DNA of 64,000 nucleotides from Azolla caroliniana (Eukaryota; Plantae; Polypodiophyta): NCBI GenBank assembly GCA_043228905.1, contig JBHGNT010000017.1, positions 16,864,001 to 16,928,000 of the forward strand, read 5' to 3'. Shown piece by piece: positions 38,516 to 51,923 of this stretch (position 1 is its first letter; each line of letters starts with the position of its first letter). The notes under the pieces were generated by a model. It saw only the letters and a program-made list of their open reading frames with translations, ran no database searches and was not told where the DNA came from. The position numbers and the translations under genes were made by a program.

Positions 38516-39058
38516 TCACCAATTAGAGCTTGCATCCTTCCATATGAAGATCATGTGATTAGCATCCTTTTGGTAACATCCGCAATGAGTGTCCGTCACG
38601 TGATGAGCCACCTCCATTTGTTCCCATAATGGGTGGATACCAAAATCTTTCCATCGTGTCAAGCATTTGTTAGCACCCATATAAGGGCTTGAGAATGTAC
38701 ATATCCACCAATCTTTACCATCATTTGTGAAAGGTATTGCAGAATCGTTGTCATACACACGCAATCCGATTCCCCCCGAAACACCAGTGAACAAGGCAAA
38801 ATCTTTGTTACAGACAAAAAATGTTTTAGAGGACCCAGGTGGGATACTTCCAAATGGTTGCGGTGGCCAAAAGCGTCCACAGTCAAACCAACTGTCCTTC
38901 ACTTCAACGCGTTGGTTGCTTGACATGTTCATCAATGTTATTTGGAGATATCGTGTTTTTTCACTCACTTCTGAAGGTGTTGAGTTCTGCCACTCACCGA
39001 CAACTGACATCACTGTACTCAATACACTAGCACCTGTAATCACCGCGCTAAGTGCCAT
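38516..39058 (-). CDS. Intronless 180-aa protein, aegerolysin/actinoporin-like beta-sandwich (putative defence or pore-forming protein)
   Basis: Clean ATG-to-stop ORF, hydrophobic N-terminal helix, LQITLMN..WFDCGRFW..SIPPG..TGVSGG..FSSPYMGANK pattern; upstream TATA. Confidence 0.6.
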   Translation of the reverse strand: MALSAVITGASVLSTVMSVVGEWQNSTPSEVSEKTRYLQITLMNMSSNQRVEVKDSWFDCGRFWPPQPFGSIPPGSSKTFFVCNKDFALFTGVSGGIGLRVYDNDSAIPFTNDGKDWWICTFSSPYMGANKCLTRWKDFGIHPLWEQMEVAHHVTDTHCGCYQKDANHMIFIWKDASSNW

Positions 39059-39175
39059 TCTTACAAATTAGTATTATTTAGTGATTACAAAATATGTATA
39101 AATTATTAGTGCCCCAAAGGAAATAAGAGTGTGTATCTCACAAATGTCTATGATCTTTTGTTTAAATTGTTCCTC

Positions 39176-39183
39176 TATATATA
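39176..39183 (-). promoter_or_regulatory. Candidate TATA box of the 180-aa gene
   Basis: ccTATATATAg ~120 bp upstream of ATG 39058. Confidence 0.55.
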
Positions 39184-42100
39184 GGCATTTTAGCCGATGA
39201 CATCCCCTACTCTTGGGGCCCAAAAGACTGAAACACAAAATAGACGAAAATTTTACGAGTCCAACAAGATATTTCTCTTAGAGCAAGTTATATATCGACA
39301 TATTTTAATGCATGATAGGAGGTTTTATGGAAACAATATTTCATAACCCATGGATGCTAGTACGAAAGATGCTACTACTATCATGAGCATTTAATAATAA
39401 GCTCATTGACTCATTAAGTTTGGACGAGAAAATGCCAAATTTGGGACCAAGTCTCTCGATACTTCACTAGAATTATTGAAGCTTGGGAATTAATCATAGC
39501 CTTTGAAATGCAAAATTGATGCAACACATTGGAATTTGACATTGAGCATCTGCAATTGATGCCATGAATAAACCATTGATGCAACGCATCAAATGGTGAT
39601 GCTTGACATCAATGTTTGATTCCATTGACTACTAATAAGTCTTGGAACAAAAATAAAATGTGCGGCATCAACAATTGATGCTAGTCATCAATATTAGATG
39701 CCAAAATTTTTTTGTAGATGCTTTTGATATAAATTTTGATGGGATTGATTAAAGGTATTAACTTTTCCTTTTTCATTTATATTTTGACATGTTTGTGAAG
39801 CTTTGGGTACCTCCATCTCTTTTTGACATATCAACATGTTTTTTAACAAATTCCATGGTACTTTGCAATCACTACACCATTTCCAGATATAAGCAGTCAA
39901 TCTTTGCATGTGCCCTAACCAATTTGTCGCTATATATGTTTAGAGTACAAATGTTCAACACAAAGGTCATTGATATCATCCATAATATGCATTTGGTACA
40001 TTGCCATAATTAAGGATCTCTCTCCCATATACATTGAAATGTTGACATGGAAACCCCTAAATTCATACATTCACAAAGGCAACATATTTGTTCTGCTTGT
40101 TGATAGCCATTTACATACATCTTTTGCCATGGTACCGCTAGAGCACTAATAGGATCTTCTCAATTTTGTTCGTCAATAAATCATGACATAGTATAATTAG
40201 CCTCAATGGATGACAATTATTAATGTGTTCCTCATCCTCTCCCATCACATAACGTATGTGATTTATTGATCTCCCACTCATGCAATTATTGAAAAATCAA
40301 AACAAAGGATTGGCTAAATATTATGTGCCCTAAAAAATAGCATTGGATATTAGTTAATAGGACATTAGCTAACTAATAAAAAAAAGTGACTTATCTAACT
40401 TAAAATGAGTAGCTAATTAGTTGACTAGCTCATCGGTAATGTAACATTTTAATCATCATAGCTCTAATAGTTTAGAGATCAATAATAACTAGTGATCTCG
40501 GTTTATTCACAATTACTTAGCTACTAGCGAATTAGCTATTAGCTAGCTCCTAATAGTTAATGTTATTTTTTAGCTAATAAATTACATTAGCTATTGGTAA
40601 TACAATTAATAAATGGTGATTTTAGTTAATAACTGGTTACCTTAGCTTATTAGCTATTGATTACCTAATGTCTTAGCTATTAGTCAACTTCTAACAATTT
40701 AATTATCAAGCTAACTCACAATGAGTAGCTAATGGCTAATATAGGTATTCTAGTATAACTCTAATAGTTATAAAATAAACCATTTAATGTTTTCTTGTTA
40801 TCTATTAGTCACCTATTAGCTAATTAGTTATGGCTAAGTGATCATTGCACTCATCCAAGTATCGAAATCCAAGGGTTTCCAAAGTTTCAAACGAAAGTAA
40901 CATGGTTGTTGCACTAGTGTCTACTGTGACTAACAAGGGAACTTGTTGGATATGATATGGCAAGTAGAGTATGTAGGGTTCAACATTGGCAATACCTTGG
41001 CATTTAAGTTTAGTTTAGAGTATTTCGAAGGTCAGTTTCGAGTCATGTAGAGCTCACTTCAGATTTCTACAACCAAACTTACATGTCACTTTGTTTGAAA
41101 ATGAGTCAACATTCCAATGTGAGTGGACTATAGTAGCACTTCAATATACTCATGTTGACAAACCCTGGCAGATCAAGGAGTAAAATGCATGCTTTTGTTT
41201 TTGTGAATGTGGTGATGATATAAGGTCCTCCACCTTGGGGTTTGAGTTACTTTTTATTTATTTGGAAGGATAATTTCCCCCTCCTTCCAAAACATTATTT
41301 TGGCATTCATGCAAGCATGCCATTTGGTAATCATGCATAACTTTGTATGAGGTGGCACCATTCCATAATCTGTATATTATCTAGATTATCTTTGCTAGAA
41401 TAAATATAACATTGACACGTGTCTTTAACTTGTACTTAATTGTTTCTAATTGATGTATACTTCTTCTACTCGAGAGCATCATATGACCTTCTTAATAATT
41501 GAGCACGCGTGTTGTAGCCAAACCTCCAACTTTGATACCACATTTTTGGGTTTGCAACAGCATGTACAAAGGTATAAGGCCAATGTGTGAACGCTAGTGC
41601 TAGCAATTCTATCACCAAAAAGAAAGACCAACAAGCCATTTTTGCAAAATAAAAAAACCCAAAAAGGTTAACAAACACATACACATGGAGAACTATAAAA
41701 GAGAAGGAGAAGAGAACACAAGAGCAACGACACACTAAAAGTGGTGCCAAAGCTATGACACGATTATTTGTATTGTTACAACAAACATACAAATACAAAC
41801 CCACCTTGTCAATAACCCCTAGTTCCTATCCTTTTATGTTGGGAACGAAACGTGTTCACATTGGGCTTGCTCGGCCAATTGGCATTTTCTATCCAATGTG
41901 GATTGATTACAACAATCTTTGCCTCATCTCTTTCAATCACATGAACCTTAGGCTTTTCTCCCCCTCCCATCTTTGTAAGTGCGAGAGAATAATGCCCAAC
42001 TGGCATGCTATTGTGCCGAGCATCACATAATGAAACCTCCTTGTGGCATGACCGGTCTCACAAATGGTTGTTCACAAGATCCCAAGCTTTTCACTGCCAC

Positions 42101-45039
42101 ATGAAGATGTATTACTCCTTGACACGATCATATGTGACACGAGGGTTGATCGTACGCCATTGCCATTGCCATGAACGTGATGGCATGAGCATAATCGTCA
42201 CATGACTATGACCATGGTCATTGCCATTGCCATGACAAGGATGTCATGACCGTTATTGTCACATGACCGTGACCATGGTCATTGTCATTGCCAACTCGTG
42301 TCTATTTTATACCAAATCATAAATAGGGTCGGGGAGGGAATCGCAAGCATGGACGATGCAAGTTGCTCAAAGGAAGGCGTGTGTGATCTGCAGCGTCGGA
42401 TTTGGATAAGAAAGAACGCGCAAAAAAAATCTGCTAGAGGGTCGCCCAACCCTAACCGTTGTAGGTTGCCCAATCGCCCAACTATTTTAGAACAATAAAT
42501 GACGTACTTAATAAGAATATTATTAAAATGTAATGGTTTAGTGGTTAGAGTTACTCCATTTGGTTATAGGTGCAAGGTTCAAATCTATTTTCTTGTCTTA
42601 TTAAGAAGAGAGTTTATTTTGCTTATTGGTAAATTTTAATATCATTTGGGTTTTATTTTTTTCCATAAAAACTATACTCCATTGGTATTAAAATTAACAA
42701 TGCCAATGGCATCCTACAAATTGTACATAATAGTTTCCACTCCACAAGTAACTATCATAAAAAGGACCAAATATAATCGATGACATTTGGCAATATAAGG
42801 CTATTTATATCCATGAAAACTCTCTCAGCCTTGGCCAACAAGACCCATTCTCAACATATAAACAAATTCCTGCGGTCCAAGAGAATACATATCTTGGTGG
42901 TAATCCTAGTCAACATACCCTGGCTAGTAGTCTAAAAACTCCATGTTTGCATTTGGTTCCACATATACTGAAGTTGTTCACCATCACCTGGCTTTCCACT
43001 AGGTGATGCTATTTGACAAATGTTTGGTACACATCAATTGAAGACACAAAAGTAGTCCATGATGCACCTGGCGCTTGGGGTAAAACGTGATGGGTTGCCT
43101 TGGATAGGCCCCCATCTATCATCTCCCATATCAAAATGATCATGTCCTTCATCTCCACGACAATTGAAAATGTACTTGTAATTAATCTCCCTATAAAACA
43201 AGATGAACTGTGTCCTCCTCGCCTCACACCATCTGCTTCGATCCCCACACCATCTTCACTCAACCTTAACAGTAAACAAAATTATGCTTCATTCGGTCCG
43301 CGTCAACCATCTCGTCGCTTACTACCAAGGTCCTGTACACATAACAACAAAATGAGTCTAGTGTGATTCTCATCCCCTCATGATTTGCTTCGGTCCCCCC
43401 AACCATCATCACTCCTAAAAATAGACAAATTGCTTCATTCAGTCCACATCAACCATCTCGCCGAATATCACCAATGTCCTGTGCAAATAACAACAAAATA
43501 AGTGAAAAATGATTCCTCATCCCCTCATGATCTTCTTCATCCCGAACACCAACACCACTCATCCTTTCGTCGTGACAAACATGCTTCAAACCCCATTGCC
43601 ATCATCCCACAACCTATGAGAACCATAATATCTTCTTAACTCAGCCCATATTTGGAGCATCTCGTTGACCCTCTTGCCATCACATTGATTACCACGATCC
43701 TGTATTGACAACAAAACATGAGTGAAAACAAAAATTCCTCACCTTCTCATAATAATCTGCTTCAGCCCCCACACCAACATCACTCATCCTGATCACAAAA
43801 ATAAAAAACCAGCTTCCTCATGTCCCCATCCACCATCTTGCTATCTCCGATTATCTCAAGATTCCCGCCTATTACCACTAAAATCTACCAAGGTCCTGTG
43901 CAAATAACAAAAAATAAGTGAAAAATGTTTCCTCATCCCCTCATGATCTGCGACAACCCTCACACCATCACCACTCATCCTCTTGACATAACAAATATGC
44001 ATCAAACCCCATCGCCATCATCCCTCAACCTATGCGAACCATAACATCTTCATAAGTCAGCCCACATCTGAAGGAAGCATCTCGCTGACCTTCTTGCCAT
44101 ATCGCTGATTACCTCGAAAATCATGTACTAACAGCCAACAAATGGGTGGAAAAAAATTCCTCACCTTCTCATAAAAATCTACTTAAACCCCCACACCAAC
44201 ATCACTCATCTTGATCGCAAAAACAGAAAACCAGCTTCCTCATGTCCACATCCACCATCTCGTTGTATCTGAATATCACAGGAATTCCGTTGAATACTGC
44301 TGAAATCCTGTACTAATAGCCAAAATTGAGTCAAAAAAATTTCTTACCTTCTTATACTACACTGCTTCAATCCCCACAACATCATTCATCATCCTCAAGT
44401 CCACATCCACCATCTGGCTATCTTCGATTATCATCAACACCTTGTACATTAAAAGAGCCTTCCTACATGCCGCAACAACCTCCTCCATTTGGGTTTTCTT
44501 CTTCTTCAACTTCTTTCTTTTTTAGGGTTTTGATATTTGGTTTTGGGATTTTAGCAACTAACAATTGATTCTTGCATGTATATTAATTTATTCCTCCCAT
44601 CAACGAGGAAGAGATTAATATATGATTGATTCAATATGTGAAGCTTATCGATCAATATATGTGCTACATATCAATCACACTAAATATTGGCAATACAACA
44701 TTTCTTTCTAGTGCAACTTTTCCTTAGATTATATAGTTGGCAAGAAAAATACAAATGCAAAACCAACTTACTATAATAATGAAATATGTTTCAAATCAAA
44801 CCACTATTACACATAAGGTTCAAATGATGTTTCAAAAACACAATAATTCATTAGACTAAAGGAAAGTAATGCAAACAGTTCTACATTAGGGTTTAGGGTT
44901 TAGGAAAATAATGGAAACAATTCTACCATATTTCACTTAGTGGAATATGTTATTAAACCCCAAAATGCTTTCTTCTTTTCATATTTCATCTATTTAGTCA
45001 ATATTGTACCTCTTGTTACATGCAAATGAGCACAAATTC

Positions 45040-45240
45040 AACTGTGACATACTTGAAACATAAAACTTAAAACATAAATCAATGTATGACATACTTGAAA
45101 CATAAACCTTAAAACATAAATCAACATATGGCATACTTGAAACATAAAACTTAAAACATAAATCAACATATGACATAATTGGAACATAAAATGTAAAACA
45201 TAAATCAACGCATGACATACTTGAAACGTAAATCAACCAC
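45040..45240. repeat. 39-bp tandem repeat, ~5 copies
   Basis: gacatacttgaaacataaaacttaaaacataaatcaa units. Confidence 0.85.
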
Positions 45241-46224
45241 ATTACTTATGGCATTATATGATGTCAAACTTTTATCGATGACTATCGCATTTGGCCTCAC
45301 ATTGGACATCCATGCAAATATGACTCTCAAGCAAGTTTCTAAAGCTACTTTCTCATGGTTTGATCCCTTATCAAAACTACATATCATGTACCATAATGGG
45401 ATGCCAATTCTTATGGCGTTTGGGGCCTCATCTACATATAATGGCAACCCAAATTAGTTTGTTTTAAATGTGGAGTTGATTTCCCAAGAGTTGTTTACTG
45501 ACAATCACTCACACATCTCTAACATCCATTCATCTTGAAGCAACAAGATGAACAGTTGCCTTGCGGGAGATCCAAAATCACCAGGCAAGTAAGGTTGTAC
45601 ATGAACCACCTTCCCAATATCTCGAAGTGCATAGGCATCTTGCATTATCAAAGACCAATCAACCTCTAACATGGCACTCCCAATTTTTAACTTGTTGGCC
45701 AGATTATGGACCTCCTTTGGTATCATAAAGAACCTATAACTCACAAGGTCCAATGGACAAGCCTTGGACTTATGATATGCTTCCTTACGCATGGTCATCC
45801 ATGCCACATCTTGTGCAAATCCAACATAAAAAATATCATCTTTGCAACAACTTAAAACATTTGGGTGTGCCGGCAAATAGTATACATCCGGTCTACTTCC
45901 CGGTACATGACCTGTATGTGGTCCATATATTGAAATAGTCATGGTCCCATTGTCAACCCCTTCATTCCTTCAAGCGTCCACATGAAAAGTACCCCCACAT
46001 CGAGATGAAAGCTTTCTACGTCGAATGCATGGATATTGCCGTATGGGCACACCGGCTTGGTGACAAGCATACCTAGTCACACGTGCACCCCTTGCGACCC
46101 CTTGCCTCTGTAATTAATTGGAGGATAATTAACTCTAATTGCCAACAAGGGGGTTTAGGGATTAATGTGACTTAAAATGTGATTAATTTATTCCTTAATA
46201 TGGCCATTTTTTGCCGTTTTTATT

Positions 46225-46720
46225 TAATCAGGTTGGGCGACCTGTTTATGAGAAGAGATGTTTTTTAAGAGGGTTGGAAGACCTGATTTAGGTCACATGA
46301 TTAATAGGTTCGGCGACCTATTTAATAGGTTAGGTGACCATATTAAAACAGGTTGGGCAACCCGTTTATGAGAATCGATGTTTTTTAAGAGGGTTGGGAG
46401 ACCTACAATAGGGTAACCTGAGTAATAGGTTGGGCGACTTGTTTAATAAGTTGGGTGACAATATTAAAATAGGTTGGGCAACCTGTTTATGAGAAGAGAT
46501 TTTTTTTAAGAGGGTTGGGAGACTTGATTTATACAATAGGGGGACGCGAGTAATCGGTTGGGCGATCTGTTTGATAGGTTGGGTGACTATATTAAAACAG
46601 GTTGGGCAACCTATTTATGAGAAGAGATGTTTTTTAAGAGGGTTGGGAGACCTGATTTACGAGAAGATATATATTTTAAACAGGTTGGGAGACCATATTT
46701 AAGAGGGTTGGGTGACCGGA
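46225..46720. repeat. Subterminal array of aggttgggcgacct motifs (~120-bp higher-order period)
   Basis: More than a dozen ggttgggNgacc copies. Confidence 0.85.
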
Positions 46721-48320
46721 ATAGTTATGAAATAACATATATATGAAAACAACGTATCTTTGAAAAACAACATACACAAATCACACTATGACTGAGAAAA
46801 CAACATATCTTTGAATCTAAAACATATGTATGAAAACAACATATCTTTGAAATAGAGCAGACACAAATCATAGTATGAGAGAGAAAACAACATATCTTTG
46901 AATCCAAAACAGGTTTAGAGGCAAGAGTCCAACATTGGAGATTACCAAGATTACCAACACTTGAGATAAAAAACTTTTCCATTTATCGGTTTTTTTTCGA
47001 TATACAATGAGTCGCTACTCGCTATACAAAAAGTGGTGACCCATATTACAACATCCGTGTATAACAAAATATAATACCACATGTACAACATCCGCTCCAC
47101 TACAAATAATATGATGATATTTACAATATTTGTCGTATACATAATATCCATTATATGATAGCCAATCTCTAATATTTGTGGCCATGAGAGCCATGATAAA
47201 ATTTCTATAGCCAATCCAAAATTTACAATATGGGGTCACCAGTCACAAGTGCAAATCCCAGTACCCTTCGTGCCCACTCATCCACATGAATCCAAAGTGA
47301 ATCCACTTTGCGTTTGGTGAACCACATCTCTGTGCCTTGTCACCAAATATGTACAAAAACCCAGCTATACAAAAACCACATGAATAAGACATTTGTAACT
47401 ACACTTATAAAAGCCGGAGATATCCATCCTTGTAACAACTCCTCGATCAACATTTGTATAGTCCCTATCATTCTAATATCAAGCCATAATATCACATTAA
47501 AATCATAATATCAACCAAAACCTTCTCCCAAACCCTAATTTCTCGACATGAAAAAGCCAACCACATCAAAAAAAAAAAAATCAGAAAATGTAGAGACGAA
47601 CACAAATACATACCTAGGAAATAGTAGGGCACTGATTGCAAAAGTGATTGTTGGGAATGTTGATTGCAAATCGCCTGAAGAAAAAGGGTTTTCCCAACAA
47701 AAAAACCTGTCAATCACGTTTGAAAATTTGAGAGATAATGACAGGTTTTAGGGTTTTTGTCAAGAGCAATACTAAAACAAAGAAGTACTATCAGGAACAG
47801 TACTAAGACAAAGAAGGAATTAGTACTAAAAGATGAGGATTAGTACTAAGGGAGGTATATAACTCTCGAGAGAAGGAAAGAGTGAGTGAGAGAGAGAGAA
47901 TGAGGATAACAAAAGATATATATTATGTTAAGGGAATATACAATAGTAGCTAGGAGGCTTAAAACACGTTCGCGTTCACAAGTGGAAGGATCGCGCATAA
48001 ATGGAAGGAGAAGGGAAATTTTAGGGGTTTTTCAATGATTTTACAAAACACATTGATACCAGTATCATACAAGTTCAAACATACTATGAAAAAGGTTAAA
48101 AATCCACTATTTTCGTGATTTAGAAGTAACTAAAAAAAGACGAATTTCAAAAACATACATTCTCAATTTATATCACAAACTTTACAACCAATGTTATTTT
48201 ATAAGAAACAATTTTTGGGAAATCATAAGAATTCAAAACACATGATTTTATATTACTCGATTTGTTACAAGCGGAATGTAGTTACACTTAATAGCCAAAT
48301 ATACATTCATGATCACTCCT

Positions 48321-51101
48321 TTACGAAGAATCACTACTATAACTAATATACAATGACGATTCCTCCTCATCATCCTCGGATGTACCAATCAGTGCATTAT
48401 CTTCGTCATAAACCAAATGGTTTGACTCTAGATTATATGTAGCAGATCTCGTTTGCCTTTGACTCGAGCCACCTTGTAGACCTGGTAATTTTTCTTTTAT
48501 TATATCTATTGTTGACTTCCTTAATCGTCCGGCTTTTGTAAGTGTGAAGTCGTACACGATGATATCCACATCAGAGATATCAAGGGTCGAGGTGTTACGA
48601 ATGTTTCGCTTCCTCTTCCTACCTCCCCTTCTTGTTTGGCATTCAATCATCTCCAATGTATACTTACCTGTAAAAGCATTTGCACTTCTAGTGTTGTACC
48701 AATGAACATTTATAGACTTGATCGTGTTATCTATTTCATGCATTAGCACTTCTAGAATTTTACCAACCCAAAATTGGTGGCCATGTGAGTTCTCATCAGC
48801 CGGCGTTGCAATCAACATCCCCGCGGTGAGCTCTTGCAAATTTCCTTGCCATCTAGCTTCGGCTGCTTTGGTCATCCTTGGTCCCACATAAATGTCTCTT
48901 TGTTGTGGATGGACCAAGCTGTCATTAATCGCATTTACTAGTCGCTCCGGACTTCTATTTACGCGATCATGTTGCAGCGACCATGTGAATGGCGTTTCCA
49001 AATTCCAATTATCAACAGATACACAATTGTCTATAATTTCTTTCTGATCACTATAAAATACATCCCACTATGACGTGTCTTGTTGTGCGGCATATTTCTT
49101 GGCGGCCTCAATATGTTTTCTTTTTTCTTCTAAGGCTTGGAGCCATGACCGTTTTTGTTCTAATACCAAGTCGCTCTGCAACTGTCCTTTCTTCTCAATT
49201 GGCATTTGCTTAGCTCCATGGACAATTGTACTCGGCATACAAAGTAATAACTGGCAACCACCTTCAGGTTCCCATGTTGTAGAAGATGAATATTGTTTAG
49301 CATACAAAAGTGTAGAACCACTTATTCCATTTTTCTTTATCAAAAAAATGTGATTGAAACTTATATTGTTTAACTGAGCAAGCACTTTAACATTCCCACC
49401 ACCCCCATCTAATATATATCTCTTAAAGTCATATACCTCCTTCAAGTGTAACACTTTTGGGCGTGGTGTATATGCATCACAAATGACATCAAATAGTTTA
49501 GGTAAAGTGAAAGCATCATGCCGAGACAACTGTCTAGAGAATGTGCTAAACATCTGATCTATATGGTCATGTGTGTGGCCAACCAAAAGGAAATTGACTT
49601 TCACTTTCCTAAACAATTCTAGGTTGACCAACATACTTAGATAGCCAAATACAGTTGAATTTTTGTTCTCTCTAGCAGTATTGTCCAATTGAATGTATAG
49701 AACAGGGGGGAAAGGTTGTCCCCAAGACATCAAAACTCGGTGAATCACTGTAACTGTTAGGTTAGGGTCATTGTGAACATTGGGGTAAGTAATGAAGACG
49801 TGAGGTCGAACAGACCTATTATAAGCCAAGCATCCCACCAAGTGCATTTGAACAAGGCACTCATCATTGACATCTTTGGGGAGCCTCCGCATATGCGGCA
49901 AGCATGTCTTCTTCTGGTCCATGCCATCTATCATTAAGCACATGTATTGTTCAGGCCTCTTCAAACACTTCTTTCTATGATGCATCGCCTTCCTTCGTTC
50001 TAAGGATTGTGCCTCACGATGCTCTTGTAGTAACTTCTTACTCGTATCCTTTTCCATTGATGTCTTTGCACCTTTAGCCAAACTTTTAAGATTTGCACAA
50101 ATGGAGCAATAACCCATACGTACTTTACGAGGAATAATAACATTTGAAAACCGAGCTCTCCATAATCTTGTGAATTGGCTATAGGTGATAGACTTATTAC
50201 GTGAGCCCAGCATTTCAGATCGATAGACATCATAAACTTCCCGACGGGTATAATTATCAGAAAGATGCATCCTACCTGTAGTGGGCATTACTTCACAATT
50301 TAACTGAAAGTAAGTTTTCATCCAGCCAATAGCTAGTCTTCCAATTGCACCTTTCATACTTGGAACCTCTTTACAATTGAGCATCTGATCCCCGCTAAGT
50401 AGACGTTGTTGTACTCTATGTAGCCGCATGTTACTAACACATAACACAATTTTGAATGCAACTCTACATATCTGTTGCGCATGGAAGATATAATACTCGA
50501 ATGATACTTTGATCCCCGTACATTTGTCAGATACTAGTTGCATATGTGATCCGAGGTAAGTGTCTTGCTCATCACCGGTCATCGAAAAATAGTATCGCCT
50601 TAATTCTCGCAACTTTGATTTTCCAATCATAGACATACAACCACGGGCACAACATATTTTGTTGACATCAAATCCAATCTGTTTATCTGATGTCACCAAG
50701 CTAAATCTAGCCAGACGAATTCTTCGTGGGATTCTTCTAATATGCATAGGGCTCCCAGATTTCTCTTCCTGCATAGAGGTTGGTGTAACCTTGTTACAGT
50801 CTAATTCTCTGTTCTGACCATCGCCAATGTTATTCAATGTTTCCTGGGCACTTCCTTCATTCTCGGTATCTTTATTAATATCGTATTCTTCAATAGAGAA
50901 CTCTTCACATGTGTCAATATTTACATTCCCTGTAGATGAGCTCAGACAATATTCTTCGATAGAATATGGTGAGTCGGTTGAAAGACAATATTCTTCAATC
51001 GAATATGGTGACTCTGTTGACATACAATACTCTTCATTAGACAACGATGGGTCTGATGACAAACAATATTCTTCAATCGAGAACGGTGAATCTTCACTCA
51101 T
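48321..51101 (-). pseudogene. Sola1/DUF7869-like transposase, ~926 codons, one in-frame TAG at 49068-49070
   Basis: CCARGC, CRVAF, CSICA, IDGMDQKK, YIQLDNTARENKN, FLLVGHTHDHIDQMFS; ORFs 49068-51101 and 48321-49001 share a frame (DTS*WDVF). Confidence 0.82.
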
Positions 51102-51772
51102 GGCTTAAGGTCTAGATAGGGCTCTCTAAGTTATACTCCTCTCTAACCATATACTCCTCCCTAAACATAAACTTCTCTCTAAACAAAAGCCAAATCAATA
51201 GAATGTCTATATTATGTAATATTCTATTAATACAATACATCTAAAAATTATTTTTAATAAAGTAATTTAACTTAAATTATCAATCATTATATAAACTAGA
51301 TCTAAATGATGTTATATCAAGTAAAATATAAAACTAATCATTAACAAGCCTTGAATATGTTGGATTAATGTTAAAATCATTGGCTAATTAATGACACCCA
51401 TTTTGATATAGAACGTCTCACTCATTGGTTCTTTAATGCTCACCATTTTAAATATTAGACTTATCAATCATTGGTTAATTCATGCCCACATCTTTAATAC
51501 ATAACATTTGAGAGTCATAAAAATTGTTGCTTTTAGTAATCAATCATTGGTACATTCATGAACCTCTATCATTGTCTCCTTCATAACCTTTGAAGTGATT
51601 GTAGGTTGTTATGAGTATAAAACATTGATCAATATGTTAGTTTGACTTTGTAATCATTAATACAATCATAAGTTACTATAGTTAATGTGACTATGGTTAC
51701 AAACTAACTATCCTCAAAGTTACCAACATTGGTTAAGGTGACTATGGTTACTTTAACCATGGGTTCAATCCC

Positions 51773-51780
51773 TATAAATA
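51773..51780 (+). promoter_or_regulatory. TATA box of the ParB-MTase gene
   Basis: ccTATAAATAgg ~150 bp before ATG 51924; 9-bp agagcacac repeats in the 5' UTR. Confidence 0.6.
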
Positions 51781-51923
51781 GGAAGACCTCATCATATTTC
51801 ACTCACCAGAGCGTACAGAGCGTACAGAGCACACAGAACGCAGAGAGCACACAGAGCACACAGAGCACTCAGAGCACAAAGCACGAAAGCGCGATCTCCG
51901 CCTCCACTTCAACACGATCAACC

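Larger units (their letters stand above)
42430..46720 (-). mobile_element. Decayed Mutator-like (MULE) element
   Basis: INSTFKTN*FGLPLY...RPNAIVIDKS MULE-core motif (~45490-45240), YGPHTGHVPGS upstream; ggtcgcccaaccct at the left is inverted to agggttgggtgacc at the right; boundaries approximate. Confidence 0.6.

Noticed and set aside
40850-42030. Decayed LTR retroelement (PBS-like ctttgatacca near 41530)
   Set aside because: Too degraded to define boundaries or domains
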